Assembly: GCA_002269645.1 (NCBI GenBank)
Contig: NIVC01000963.1
Span: 124,001 to 188,000 of the forward strand
DNA from: Macrostomum lignano
Taxonomy: Eukaryota
DNA: 64,000 nt
Direction of reading: 5' to 3'
Shown here: positions 24,101-39,400 of the stretch, piece by piece
Numbering within the stretch: position 1 is the first letter of the stretch
Layout of the letters: each line of letters starts with the position of its first letter
Position numbers and translations under genes: made by a program
Notes under the pieces: model-generated
Databases searched by the model: none
Told to the model about the DNA's origin: nothing
The model's input: only the letters and a program-made list of their open reading frames with translations

Positions 24101-25721
24101 GCTCATTTTATTGGCTCTTACCCCCCTTCAACCGCGCCTTTTCACAATACCCCCGCCCGCCCGACCCAATTTTTTTTGCCTTTCATGGAATCCTGCCATG
24201 TACATTTCAGTGGACTGGCTAATGTACATTACTGCTGAACCAATTAGCAAGTTGTTTACGCCTGCAAGCTTGGGCTTTTAAACTTATCAAAGTAATTTCA
24301 GCTGCCTTTTTTTATAAAATAGCTTATGTATTCTTCTTTGCTACTGAACTGAAATTAGAAAGTAGATTATATATATACTACTATTCTAAGTAGAAGTTGC
24401 GCGCATCTCCCCGCAGAAGAGGTGCGGCCCGTTCTACTCGGTGTGCCTGGGCGGCCCGCTGCACGAGCTGTGCATCGAGGGCCGAGCCCTGCGGGTGCAG
24501 TTCGGCGGCCCGCCGGTGTTCAAATCCATCGGCCGGGGCCAGACCGAGATCTGCGCCGAGCTGCAGCTGCCCGGAGCCGAGCCGCCTACCGTACTGCTGC
24601 CGGCCGTGCCCGACCAGCTCATCCACTGGGTGGACGCCGGCCGCTTTGGCCAGTTCCGGTCTCACGCACAGGTGGACCTGCCCCGGGCACCGGTGCCACC
24701 GGGCTACCGGGCCGTTTGGACCTACACGGAGTACTCGGACCGGCTCAAGCCGCTCATTGCCGACCGCCTGGCCAAGATTGAGAGGAAAAACCGACAGATG
24801 GGACTCCTGCCGCAGCCTGCGGTGAGCGCTGAGCATGATTCTGGTCTGGGATTTTAGATTGGGGATTTCTAAAGTCTGGGATTTCGGATTGGGGATTTCT
24901 GTAGTCTGGGATTTCGGATTGGGGATTTCTGAAGTCTAGGATTTCAGATTGGGGATTTCTAAAGTCTAGGATTTCAGATTGGGGATTTCTAAATTCTAGG
25001 ATTTCAGATTGGGGATTTCTAAAGTCTAGGATTTCAGATTGGGGATTCTTAAAATCTGAGAGGGATATCATAGACTGGAATCTCAGATATAATAAACCAG
25101 TTGTAACCCATTCACCCCTAGCAGGAGGAGGGGGATCGAGCTCGGGCCGCGGCACCGCCCAGCCAGCAGCAGCAGCAGGCAAAGACGTCGGCAGCCCCTC
25201 AGCCGTCGAGCGTCCCCAGCTCGGCCAACCTGGCCAGCCTGTTCGACAAGCTGGTGGAGACGGGCCTCATCAGCGCCAACTCCCAGCCTCCACCGGCGGC
25301 CAAAGCAGAAGAGGCCGCCGCTGAGGCATCGGCGAAGCCTGCCGATGATGAGGAGCCGGAGGATGCCGAGAGCTCCAGGGACGCCGCGGCGCTGGCTGAC
25401 GAGGAGGGTCCAAAGTCGCCGCCGCCGTCTCCACGCTCGCCTTCGCCCGAGCCGGAGCCGGAGCCGTGGGAGCGCCGCTTCGAGGACTTCGACATCATGG
25501 GCTGGCGGGCCGCCAACCCCTACGTGCTGGAGGCGCTGTTCGGCCTGCCGCAGCAGTGCCGCGTCTGCGGCGTCCGCTTCGCCGATGCCGACTCGCTGGG
25601 CCGCCACTCGGCCGCCTGTCTGAGCCGCTACAGGCGCCAGTCCACTCTGTGCCGGCGCTCGCGCGGCTGGATGCCCGACGCCGCCCAGCTGGTGCTGCGG
25701 CCGCCTCCGCCCTCGCCCTGA
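21101..25721 (+). CDS. PCF11: PCF11-like pre-mRNA 3'-end processing factor; exons 21101-21262, 21651-22238, 22798-23811, 24417-24821, 25122(or 25125)-25721 (~920 aa)
   Basis: N-terminal CID-like helices (exons 1-2); QDVDMR twice; VDGKLRAVRY / GGPLHELCIEG / FGGPP region; LASLFDKLVETGLI; QCRVCGVRF zinc finger and RSRGW. All junctions are GT-AG, phase 0. Confidence 0.82.
21283..21637. repeat. 24-bp minisatellite, PCF11 intron 1
   Basis: Unit AGCAGTCCCTGGCCCCGCAACTCC. Confidence 0.95.
22277..22728. repeat. 20-bp minisatellite, PCF11 intron 2
   Basis: Unit AGAGAGGTCAAAGGGATGGT. Confidence 0.95.
24838..25075. repeat. 30-bp minisatellite, PCF11 intron 4
   Basis: Unit GATTGGGGATTTCTAAAGTCTAGGATTTCA. 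Confidence 0.9.
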
Positions 25722-25794
25722 TGACGCCTTCAGGACGCTGCCTGGTTGCCTCAGTGATTAGTTTATGGCCTGATCCCAGCTTAACTTTAATACA

Positions 25795-26162
25795 TTGATC
25801 CCTAATACCTTGATCCCCAACACCTCGATCTCTTATACCTTGATCCCTAACACTTTGATCCCTAATACCTTAATCCTTAACACCTTGATCCCTAATACCT
25901 TAATCCTTAACACCTTGATCCCTAATACCTTGATCTCTAATCCTTGATCCCCAACACCTTGATCCCTAACACCTTGATCCCTAATACCTGGATCCCTTAC
26001 ACCTTGATCCCCAATTCCTTGATCCCTAACACCTTGATCCCTAATACCTGGATCCCTTACACCTTGATCCCCAATTCCTTGATCCCTAACACCTTGATCC
26101 CTAATACCTGGATCCCTTACACCTTGATCCCCAATTCCTTGATCCCAACACCTTGATCCCTA
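25795..26162. repeat. 15-bp minisatellite 3' of PCF11
   Basis: Unit CCTAATACCTTGATC. Confidence 0.92.
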
Positions 26163-26689
26163 ATAGGTATCCCAGGCCATTTGGCTATAATATTCCAAAA
26201 CTGGAAGTTTCATTTTCATTTCAGAACCCCCTGGCCACTTCGCACTTTGCTCACCTTCATTCTGTTCGTCTTGTCTCGTTCGTTCCCGTTCGCTGTTACC
26301 TTGACGAAACCCTTCGCGCGTGTTCTGAACAGCTGCTGCATTTTCTGCTTTTAGTCCCCCTGTTGCCTGCGTCTGCCCGTGCTCCCCTGTGCTCCCCTGT
26401 GCTCCCCTGTGCTCCCCTGTGCTCCCCTGTGCAGTCTTATTTAGCTAACTGGGCACCTGTTATTAATTTTCTTATTCTGAAATCATGAATGCGGAATTCG
26501 GGCTCCGCGCGCTCGCTACTGAAATTGCATGTACATGTGTGAATTACTTATTAGTAATGTGCTGTTAATCTGCGTGAGCTCGCTCAAATATAAAGGCAAT
26601 TCTTATTTGTTATTTGCCAGCAACCTGCTCTTTCTTCTCTTGCTTTTGTTGCTTCTAAATCATTCTCACTGTGAAGCATTTTGATCCCA

Positions 26690-28522
<1,833 letters not shown>

Positions 28523-28786
28523 GCAGCGAGCGCGTTTTGCTACTGTTAGTAATATAGAAGATAGACTGTCTGCCCCTCTAGATTCAACATACGTATTTAA
28601 AGCCGACTTGAAATGCTTATGCTACTACTTATTGAATAGTTAGCTTAGCCAGTGTTGTCAGCCCAGAGTATTTGTTCCTCTGTTGCACACCAATCAGAAT
28701 CCGGTTAAACTGAATTCTCTTTTTCGCTTAGAAATTGCATATTAAATCTTAACTAACATAGAGTTTAGCTACTATTAGTAGTCAAT

Positions 28787-28792
28787 AATAAA
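28787..28792 (+). terminator. Candidate polyadenylation signal for TPI
   Basis: AATAAA 265 bp after the stop, followed by T-rich sequence. Confidence 0.35.
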
Positions 28793-29097
28793 CCGCTTTT
28801 TCTTCTTTTTGACAGCATCAGCTTTAGTAGCTTTTTCTCACCGAAATAAAATGGCTTTTTTATTTCTTAATTCAATTTTAATCAAATTTCAGTACTTTAG
28901 TTTTGCCGTCGGCTTTGATGTCAACAGAAAAAATAACGAAAAAGATGTAATGAAAGAAAATCTGTAAGAAAAATATAGACTAGGATAAATTAAAACAAGT
29001 AGTGACTGACTAGGTGAGCTGGTCATTGCAAGGCACTGACTGAAAACTGATATGTTTGCTCACTTGTAATGCGCTCTCATTTAGGCAGTTTAAATGA

Positions 29098-29306
29098 CTC
29101 CGGTTCTTTAAAGGGGCCGTTTTAACCGCACATGAGATGACATACAGAATCGGTTCTCAAAAGGGCCGTTTTAACCACACATGAGATGACATACAGAATC
29201 GGTTCTAGCCACACATAGATGGTATGTAAAACGGGTTCTCAAGTGGGCCGTTTTAGCCACACGTGAGATTGTATGCATAACCGGTTCTTAAAAGGGCCGT
29301 TTTAAC
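29098..29306. repeat. Diverged ~50-bp tandem repeat between the convergent TPI and NWD 3' ends
   Basis: Recurrent CGGTTCT..AAAGGGCCGTTTTA(A/G)CC.CACATGAGAT. Confidence 0.75.
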
Positions 29307-29538
29307 TTGTAAAGAATCGGCGTCGAAAAAGCAGAAAAATCTGCTAGCCACACACTCAGTCTGCTGTGCCTCCTCAAGCTCGATGCCTGAACGCAGTTAA
29401 ATTCTGAGGCGATAAAAAAGCCCGAAACTGCAAGTGAAATGCAATCGGATCAAAGATGTGACAAAAACTGTGCTTCAAAAATATTAAAACAATTTAAAAA
29501 ACAGTTCAGTCTATTCGCATCAACGGTCATTAGCATAG

Positions 29539-31217
29539 TTAATTAGCAGTATTCGACTCTCCGTTGCCGCGGCCGAACCGCTGGAGGCTGCGGGCCACGA
29601 ACTCGATGGGGTCCGGCGGCCGGGACTCGACTGCGGCCAGCAGCGCCAGGCTGAGGGCTCGGCCTGCGTGATGGGGGCGACTGCATTCCATGTACATGCG
29701 GGTAGCTGAGACTTAGGAGTCTTAAACTGGGTGCACCTAGTAGACTAGAAGAGTGGCACCTGTGCTAGACTAGTAGAGTGGCACCTGTGCTAGACTAGTA
29801 GAGTGGCACCTGTGCTAGACTAGTAGAGTGGCACCTGTGATAGACTAGAAGAGTGGCACCTGTGATAGACTAGTAGAGTGGCACCTGTGCTAGACTAGTA
29901 GAGTGGCACCTGTGCTAGACTAGTAGAGTGGCACCTGTGCTAGACTAGTAGAGTGGCACCTGTGCTAGACTAGTAGAGTGGCACCTGTGATAGACTAGAA
30001 GAGTGGCACCTGTGATAGACTAGTAGAGTGGCACCTGTGATAGACTAGAAGAGTGGCACCTGTGATAGACTAGTAGAGTGGCACCTGTGATAGACTAGTA
30101 GGGTGGCACCTGTGCTAGACTAGTAGAGTGGCACCTGTGATAGACTAGAAGAGTGGCACCTGTGATAGACTAGAAGAGTGGCACCTGTGATAGACTAGTA
30201 GAGTGGCACCTGTGATAGACTAGTAGAGTGGCACCTGTGCTAGACTAGAGTGGCACCTAGCTGTGCTAGAATAGAGTGGCACCTGTGTTGGACTGGAATG
30301 GCACCTGTGAGACTGGGATGGCACCTGTGAGACTGGGATGGCACCTGTGAGACTGGGATGGCACCTGTGAGACTGGGATGGCACCTGTGAGACTGGGATG
30401 GCAACCTGTGAGACTAGAGTGGCACCTGTTGGAGTGGCACTTGTGATACAAAGGTCAGAAGAAAAAGTTCATTATACAGTGCAGAACTTACGCAAGCCTC
30501 TAAAATAGTCGGACCGCAGCTGCTCAGAGACGGAGCGGTTGAGCTGGAACCGGGAGGACACGGAAGCAGATTGGATTGAGAGGCTTCTGCGGTTTGCAGA
30601 GCCCGCGCTTCTGCGTGGGTGGCTGCTCTGTCGGCGAACCCTGCTGGGGTGGCCTTCTGGCTGCCTCAGCTTGACCTCCAGGTCACTTGAGGCAAGCTCA
30701 TCCCGCTGTTCCTCATGCTGTTCCTCACGCTGTTCCTCACGCTGTTTCTCAGGCTGTTCCTCACGCTGTTCCTCACGCTGTTCCTCACGCTGTTCCTCAC
30801 GCTGTTTCTCAGGCTGTTCCTCACGCTGTTCCTCATGCTGTTCCTCACGCTGTTCCTCATGCTGTTCCTCACGCTGTTCCTCATGCTGTTCCTCACGCTG
30901 CTCCCACAGCAGCTCGAACAGGTGCACGGGCTGCCGTTCCCAGGGCAGCAGGGCCAGCAGGCGATCCCGGCGGGGCAGCAGGAGGCCCAGTGGCTCCGAC
31001 TCGTACTTATAGTTGAGCAGGCGGGACCCGTCCGACATGCTGTAGGCCTGCGGTGCGGGGGTGGAGATGCGAGCTGCTGACTTGATTGATTGGTTGAGTG
31101 ATTGATAGATTGATTGACTGATTGACTGATTGGTTGATTGGTTGATTGATTGATTGATTGATTGGTTGGTTGATTGGTTGATTGATTGATTGATTGGTTG
31201 ATTGGTTGATTGATTGG

Positions 31218-31252
<35 letters not shown>

Positions 31253-32650
31253 GTTGATTGATTGATTGATTGGTTGATTGGTTGATTGGTTGATTGATTG
31301 ATTGATTGGTTTATTGGTTGATTGATTGATTGATAAGTTTAATCGATTTTTTGGTTGAATGATTGATTGTCGAGCGGCCTCACCTGCACAACCCGCGGCT
31401 CCCGCTGCTTTTTTCCCACCAGCAGGCGGCCATCCGCAGACAGCACGATGCCGCCCAGCCGCACGGAGTCGCAGGTGTCCAGGTCCCGCAGCAGCTCGCC
31501 GCTGTCCGTGTCGAACAGCTTCAGCCGGCCCGTGACGCAGGCGGCGCCGTCGGGCAGTGGGACCACCCACTCACCGTCGAAGCTCCGGCTGATGCTGGTC
31601 ACGTGACAGTCCGGCAGCTCCATCTGGGGGTGCGGCATGGAAACGGGTGCTTGGACACAGTTTGGCCGGAAGCCGCGAAAAGATGGACGCAGTTCGATGA
31701 AACTTGGACACAATTCTTTGCATGGGGACACAAACTGCAGACGCAAGATGCCAGACAGTGGACACAAACTGCAGACGCAAGATGCCAGACAGTGGACACA
31801 ACTGCAGACGCAAGATGCCAGACAGTGGACACAAACTGTAGACACAATATGCCAGACAGTGGACACAAACTGCAGACACAAGATGCCAGACAGCGGACAC
31901 AAACTGCAGACGCAAGATGCCAGACAGTGGACACAAACTGCAGACACAAAATACCAGACAGTGGACACAAGCTGCAGACACAAAATACCAGACAGTGGAC
32001 ACAAACTGTAGACACAAGATGCCAGACAGCGGACACAAACTGTAGACACAAGATGCCAGACAGCGGACACAAACTGCAGACACAAGATGCCAGAGAGTGG
32101 ACACAAACTGCAGACACAAGATACCAGACAGTGGACACAAGCTGCAGACACAAAATACCAGAAAGTGGACACAAGCTGCAGACACAACCCGCTGCCGAGC
32201 TCACCGTCAGCAGCCGGGCCGGCCAGCAGACGTCCTCGCAGTCGGCCGCGGCCACCTCCTCAGCTGAGCAGCGCGCGTGCACCACCGCCCGCAGGCCACC
32301 GCGGCACCAGGCCGCCACGGGACGGCACTCGGCCTCCGGAGACAGACGCGGTTCGAACTCGCAACCGTCCAGCGCGCAGGCTGCCAACTCCGCAGGCGGG
32401 CAGAACCTGCCTGGCTGCTGCCCTTCGCGCTGCCGCCTCCGCGTCTGATGCTCCTCTGCTTCCAGGAGACGGTGCACCAGCAGCGTGGAGAGGTGCTCCC
32501 GACTCTCGCTGGCGAACTCGCTGCCGCCTGCGGGGCGTTGACAGCAGAAATGTTTGTGATCAATGATGCTGCAGGCTGCTGCTGTAGCGACTTCTTTTCT
32601 TTTTATAATAAACTCAAATAATACTGTCTCCGCATTAGTCAGTTGGCCAT

Positions 32651-32686
<36 letters not shown>

Positions 32687-32786
32687 CCAGTCCATCAATC
32701 GATCAATCAATCAATCAATCAATCAGTCAGCCGGTCAGTCAATAAGTCAGTCAATCAATCAATCAATCAATCAATTAATCAATCAG

Positions 32787-32817
<31 letters not shown>

Positions 32818-32843
32818 GTCATCAATCAATCAATCAGTCAGTT

Positions 32844-32901
<58 letters not shown>

Positions 32902-33078
32902 CCAATCAATCAATCAACCAATCAATCAACCACTCAACCACTCAATCAATCAATCAATCAATCAGTCCATCAATCAGTCCATCAATTAATCAATCAGTCA
33001 ATCAATCAGTCCATCAATCAATCAATCAGTCCATCAATTAATCAATCAGTCAATCAATCAGTCCATCAATCAATCAAT

Positions 33079-33124
<46 letters not shown>

Positions 33125-33147
33125 GTCCATCAATCATTCCATCAATT

Positions 33148-33188
<41 letters not shown>

Positions 33189-33224
33189 GTCCATCAATTA
33201 ATCAATCAGTCAATCAATCAGTCC

Positions 33225-33288
<64 letters not shown>

Positions 33289-33292
33289 GTCC

Positions 33293-33356
<64 letters not shown>

Positions 33357-33359
33357 GCT

Positions 33360-33426
<67 letters not shown>

Positions 33427-33429
33427 TAG

Positions 33430-33476
<47 letters not shown>

Positions 33477-36400
33477 GTCAGTCAGTTAATCAATCAATCA
33501 GTCAGTCAATCAATCAATCAATCAATCAACCAACCAATTATCAACCAATGGGACAACCAATCAGTTAGTAAAAAAGCAGCAGATAGGGATATCCTCGCCA
33601 TTTAATTAGTCCCTAGACTCTTGCACCCACCTTTGTTCTTGGCCAGCGACTCCAGAGCGCTCAGCAGGAACTCCTTCATCACCTTCGCGGCCGCTCGCCT
33701 CTCAGAATCCTCGCCCTCCTCGTCGCCGCCGCAGTCTTCGCCTTCGGGGTCGACGGGTTCGTCCGGCAGTCCGCTAGCCTCCGTCATCATCTCGTCGCAG
33801 TTCTGCACCGCCTTGGCAAGGCCGGCGGCTGCGGCGGCTCGCCTGGCGCTGCCGGGGCCCAGCAGGAGGTCCCGGCCGGCCCGCGGCACCGGCAGCCCGC
33901 CGACCGCTCGCGCCCGCCCGCAGTCGGCGGAGCTCGGGTCGATTCTAAGAAACAGCGGGGCGCAGGGAGGCCGCAGCGGCAGCAGGAGGAGCAGCGGGTA
34001 TTCCCGCCCGGCCGGCAGCAGGGCGAGAGCTCGGGCTGATGAGGCCAAGGCGGAGGCTGGGGAGCTCAGCGGGTGGTCCGGGCAGGCGATGCCGTCCCGC
34101 AGAGCCTCGGAGATGTCGGCGGCGGTGACCTCCCGGTGGACTGCAGCTTCCAGGTCGAGCTCCAGCCCGAGGCCGAATGTCAGGGCGCCCGAGGCCAGGG
34201 AGGCCGGCAGCGGCACCAGCGGCTGCAGTCGGTGGCGCCGCAAAGCGGCTTCCAGAGCTCCGGGCTCGGCCGGGCCCGCGGCGCCGCTATCGAGATCCAC
34301 AGCCGAGCACGGGCCGCCGCCTCCCGCCGCCACCAGCAGGCGGTCGCCGCCCGGGTCCACCAGGAACAGCGGCGGCTCAGCGCCTTCGACATCATCGGCA
34401 CCGCCGCACTGCTGAAGCCGCTCCAAGTTGAGCACCCAGAAGTGGCAGCGGCGGCGGTCAGCCAGCAGCAGGTGGTCGCCCCGCAGCCCGGCCATCGCAG
34501 TCCCCGGCGGCAGGGCCAGGCGGGTCACTGGGGCGCCGCCGCCGCTGGCAGTCAGCCAGAGCGCCAGGCCGCAGGCGGATGGCGCGGCCTCCCAGACCGC
34601 CAGCAGCCGCTCCCCGTCTGCGCTGAGCAGCGGCGGCGAAAGCAGTCGCAGCGGCCCGGAGCTCGGGAAGGCCGTCAAGGACAGCGGCAGGAGACCGGCG
34701 GGGCCGCCGGGCCGCCACAGGTAGCCCAGGGCTGCGCCACCGAGCGGAGGACACTTGAATGTCACGGCAGCAACCGCAGCGTCCTCGGACAGGCAGGCGA
34801 AGAGCTCCGGGGAGCCGGCAGCGGGGAGGTCCGCGGCTTGAGCAGCCTGTGAGATGAGCTGGCAGCCTCCTTGAGAGACTCGATGCAGCCGGAGGGTCAG
34901 CCGTGGCCCGGTGCTCCTGTCTGCTGCTGCCAGGAGCAGATGGCAGCCGGTCGCCGCCACTGCCTCTTCCTCAGCAGCCGCCGGAGCTTCAGGCAGCCGC
35001 AGCAGCTTCATGGCTTCTTCTTCCAGAAGCAGCAGAGTTGGAGCAGCAGATTCCTCCTCGACCGGGCAGCCGCGGAAGAACAGGAAATTGCCGCCGCCGC
35101 CGCAGGAGATGCGGAGCCCGGGCTGCGAGATGATGAGCAGCACTGCGGGCGGCTCGGCCCTGACAACCGCATAGCAACGCATGCCCGCCTCAGACGCCGT
35201 CCCGAGCGCCGGCCGCAGCAGCAGCAGGTTGCAGCTGGAGTGAAGGCACTCGGCGTTCGGCGCTGCAAAACTGCTCGGGAGGCCGTCCAGCGCCTGCAAG
35301 GGGGGCGCAGATCGGTGGGATTCGCATCGCGTCACCGGGTTCGAGTCCCATTAATTTGGGACTCTCTGTGGGGCTCAGTTCTTCTGGTACTAACCTTTGC
35401 GAGGGGCAGCATATCAGGAGCAGGGTGCGTACATGCCGATGTACACCCTGACACCCTGTCAGTCACCCTGACACCCAGACAGCACTGAAAACCCTGTCAC
35501 CCTGTCACCCTGCCACCCTGACACCCTGACACCCTGTCACCCTGTCAGTCACCCTGACACTCAGACAGCACTGAACACCCTGTCATCCTGTCACCCTGAC
35601 ACCCTGTCACCCTGACACCCTGACACCCTGACACCCTGCCACCCTGACACCCTGACACCCTGTCATCCTGTCACCCTGACACCCTGACACCCTGACACCC
35701 TGCCACCCTGACACCCACCTCGCATTTCCCAGCGTCAGTCAGAGGCCCGCAGCTGCCGTCGCGGAGGTCCCAGCGCCAAAGCCGCAGTCGCTGCTGCCGC
35801 CCGTCAGCAGCCTTCGAGCTCAGCAGGCAGCAGCAGAGCTCCGGGCAAGTCGCTGCCGCAGCCGCTGGTCCACCAGCCAGCCAGCGACCTCCATCAGGAG
35901 GCCGCCGAGGCAGCAGCGAAGCCGCGCCGCCGCCTCCCAGCCGGTCGTCGTCGTCAAAGTCGCGCCAGTGGACGCTGCCGCCGGCCACCAGGCAGCAGCC
36001 GTCGTCGCTCAGCAGGGCAGCAGCGGAGCCGCCGGCGCCCGACGGCAGATCAAAGTGGCACCTCACGGCGTCGTTGCCGGTGCGGGCCAGGCAGGCGGTC
36101 AGCGGCAGCAGCAGCGGGCGCGGCTGCCTTCGCCTCCAGGCGGTCAGCAGGCCGGCGATCCCGGCCCCGCCTTCGCTCGCCGCCTCGCCGTCCTCAACGA
36201 GGTGCCGCAGGCGGCCGCACAGGTCAACTCCCAGGCTGCTCCGGCAGTGCCGCAGGCTCGGCGCCGACATCCGCAGCGCGTCCAGCAGGTGTTGAACATC
36301 CCGACGGCTGCGCGAGAGCGCCTCATCCTCGTCTTCGAAGTCCTCGGCCTCCGAGTCCAGCAGGCGGAGGTCCTGCAGCAGCTGGCGCAGTGAGCCGCTG

Positions 36401-39400
36401 TGCAGGCGGCTGTGCAGGAAGGCGGGGTTGAAGGCCACCTCAGCCAGGAACTCCCGGTAGCGGCCGGATTTCACCAGGTGGTGCGGCAGCTCCGACAGGC
36501 TGCGCCGGTTGTAGCGGCCCGGCGAGAACTCGAACGGCTGGCGGGGCACCTGGCGGTCCGCCTCGGTGGGCACCAGCTTGCCCTGCGGAGGGTGGGTGAG
36601 ATGGAGGCTGAGATAGAGGGTGAGGTAGGGGTACTACCGGCTGAGGGCTGAGATAGAGGCTGAGATGAAGCTGAGATGAAGCTGAGATGAAGCTGAGATG
36701 AAGCTGAGATGAAGCTGAGATGAAGCTGAGATGAAGCTGAGATGAAGGCTGAGATAAAGCTGAGATGAAGACCGAGATGAAGCTGAGATGAAGACCGAGA
36801 TGAAGCTGAGATTAAGCTGAGATTAAGGCTGAGATTAAGGCTGAGATTAAGGCTGAGATTAAGGCTGAGATGAAGACCGAGATGAAGACCGAGATGAAGG
36901 CTGAGATGAAGCTGAGATGGAGGCTGAGATAGAGGCTGAGAAAGAGAGTGAGATGAAGACTTAGATATGGGGTGAGATATGATGGCGATTAAGATAAAGC
37001 CCGGATCGAGGCTGCGATGGAAGGTGATATGGAGGTTGAGATCTAGGGTAAAGTGTAGGGTGAGATGTAGGGTGGAAAGCCGTAAAAACTGCAAAAATCG
37101 AATTGGCGCTGCTCACGCAGAGACAGAAAGGCAGAGACAAAAGCGGCAGAGTTGCGACAAATGGATATGGAGATGTTTTCAGAAATTAAAAACCCGAGAC
37201 AGCTGCAGCCAATATTTTCGACCGTGAAAGCGGGCTTGCTAAAATTGAATCGGATGAAATCTCTGAGCTGACTGGAGCACTCAATAATGCACTCAAGGCT
37301 TGCTTTGGAAACCTTTCACGCGGGGCTTTTAAAAAGGTCTAAAAGCAATTATTAAAAGCCGCGAGTGTATCGATTTCAGAGACTCGGGATTTCTGCATCG
37401 GAAATGCCCGCTGTCTGCAGCATCCTCTCCTGCGCTCCGATCCTGAGCTGCCTCATCTGCGCCGCTCTCTGTCGCCAGTTCCAGGCCTCGGACCTCGGCT
37501 GCTTCTTTGACAAGCTCAACAGCAGGGACGTCAAAGGACTGAAGTACATCGGCCTCACGCGGCTCGGCGCCAGCAGCGGCTTGAGCCAGGCCAGCAGTGC
37601 TGTGGATTCGGGCCTGACCTACTCCAGCCACATGACTCAAGAGCTGTGCGCCAGCATCTGTGCTCTGGGCGGCTTCCAGTTCGCGGCTCTGCAGGCCGGC
37701 GCCTGGTGCTGCTGCGGCAACTCCTACGGCACCTACGGCGCCGCTCCTGACGGGGAGTGCGCGGACAGCTGCTTCGGGAACGCCGGGCAGAACTGCGGCG
37801 GTCAGCTCAGGAATCGAGTGTTGCGCCTGACCTATGCTCACTGTTGAGTTCTGGCTGGCATGGGCTGGGGTGAAGTTTCGGGGAGAGGTTGAAGTTTCTG
37901 GGGTGCAGTTTCTGGGGTGCAGTTTCTAGGGTGCAGTTTCTGGGGTGCAGTTTCTGGGGTGCAGTTTCTAGGGTGCAGTTTCTGGGGTGCAGTTTCTAGG
38001 GTGCAGTTTCTGGGGTGCAGTTTCTAGGGTGCAGTTTCTGGGGTGCAGTTTCTGGGGTGCAGTTTCTAGGATGCAGTTTCTGGGGTGCAGTTTCTGGGGT
38101 GCAGTTTCTAGGGTGCAGTTTCTGGGGTGCAGTTTCTGGGGTGCAGTTTCTAGGATGCAGTTTCTGGGGTGCAGTTTCTGGGGTGCAGTTTCTAGGGTGC
38201 AGTTTCTGGGGTGCAGTTTCTGGGGTGCAGTTTCTGGGGTGCAGTTTCTGGGGCGCAGTTTCGGGGATGGTGAATTTTCGGGGGGTGAAGTTTCGATGGG
38301 TGAAGTTTCGATGGGTGAAGTTTCGGGGGATGAAGTTTCGATGGGTGAAGTTTCGGGGGGAGTTTCGGGGATGGTGAATTTTCGGGGGGTGAAGTTTCGA
38401 TGGGTGAATTTTCGGGGGGTGAAGTTTCGATGGGTGAAGTTTCGGGGGGAAGGTGAATTTTCGGGGCAACAACCACGTGAGCCTTTCAAAAGCCTACAGC
38501 AGACGGTCTCGAACCCTTGCAGCCGAACTGTTCATCCCCGGAGACCCCGGTCTGGTCGCCATGACCGATTCGGCTGCCGTGACCCACCGCACCGTCATCG
38601 CTCGCGGTCTGGTGGACTGCGCGGGCCTCTGCGGCCCCGGCTGCGAGGCGTTCATCTACAGCCGTGCTCAGCGCCTGTGCCACCTGCTGGAGTACTCCGT
38701 GCTGCCTGCGGCCCTCAGCAGCAGTGCTGGCGAGTTCTTTGTCCGGGCCTGACATCTTTTGAGGTGTCCCCTCGGTTACAGCTCGAACTCGAACAGTTTT
38801 TTTTGAGTTGGTGAAAAAAACTCTACTACTGACGGTTAATGGCGGCTTCAAAATATACCAACTTATTCAGCCAGTCGGTGCAGTGGACTGACTGAGCCGG
38901 CGAAATTCAATCACTTGCAGTTGATCAGCTTGGTCTCTGATGACTTTGTGACTCACATTGTGACACACCCATTGACCCAATTAGCAACCTTCCAGTGACC
39001 CACACTAGTGACCCCCACCAGTGAACCACACCAATGACCCACCCCAGTGGCCCACACCCCAGTGACCCCCACTCAGTGACCCACACCCAGTTGCCCCCAA
39101 TCAGTGACCCACACCTAGTGACCCACACCCAGTTGCCCCCAATCAGTGACCCACACCAGTAAACCACACCCAGTGACCCACACCCAGTGACCCACACCCA
39201 GTTGCCCCCAATCAGTGACCCACACCAGTAAACCACACCCAGTGACCCACACCCCAGTGACCCACACCCCAGTGACCCACACCCCAGTGACCCACACCCA
39301 GTGACCCCCAATCAGTGACCCACACACAGTGACCCACACCCAGTGACCCACACCCAGTGACCCACACCCAGTGACCCACACCCAGTGACCCACACCAGTG

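Noticed and set aside
26153-26488. ORF as a possible PCF11 last exon
   Set aside because: It lacks the CxxC and HxxC of the second zinc finger, and no good donor lies upstream.
29745-30260. CRISPR-like look of regular 25-35-bp repeats here and elsewhere
   Set aside because: Units are head-to-tail with no unique spacers, there are no cas genes, and the context is eukaryotic introns.
31599-33041. Cys-rich and QSIN-repeat ORFs
   Set aside because: Artefacts of the 34-bp and AATC intronic arrays; only 32527-32205 and 31623-31384 are supported as exons.
33621-35488. Long plus-strand ORFs opposite NWD exon 9, and similar shadows over ATE1, PCF11 and TPI
   Set aside because: Antisense or alternative-frame shadows of GC-rich exons, with no motifs or splice support.
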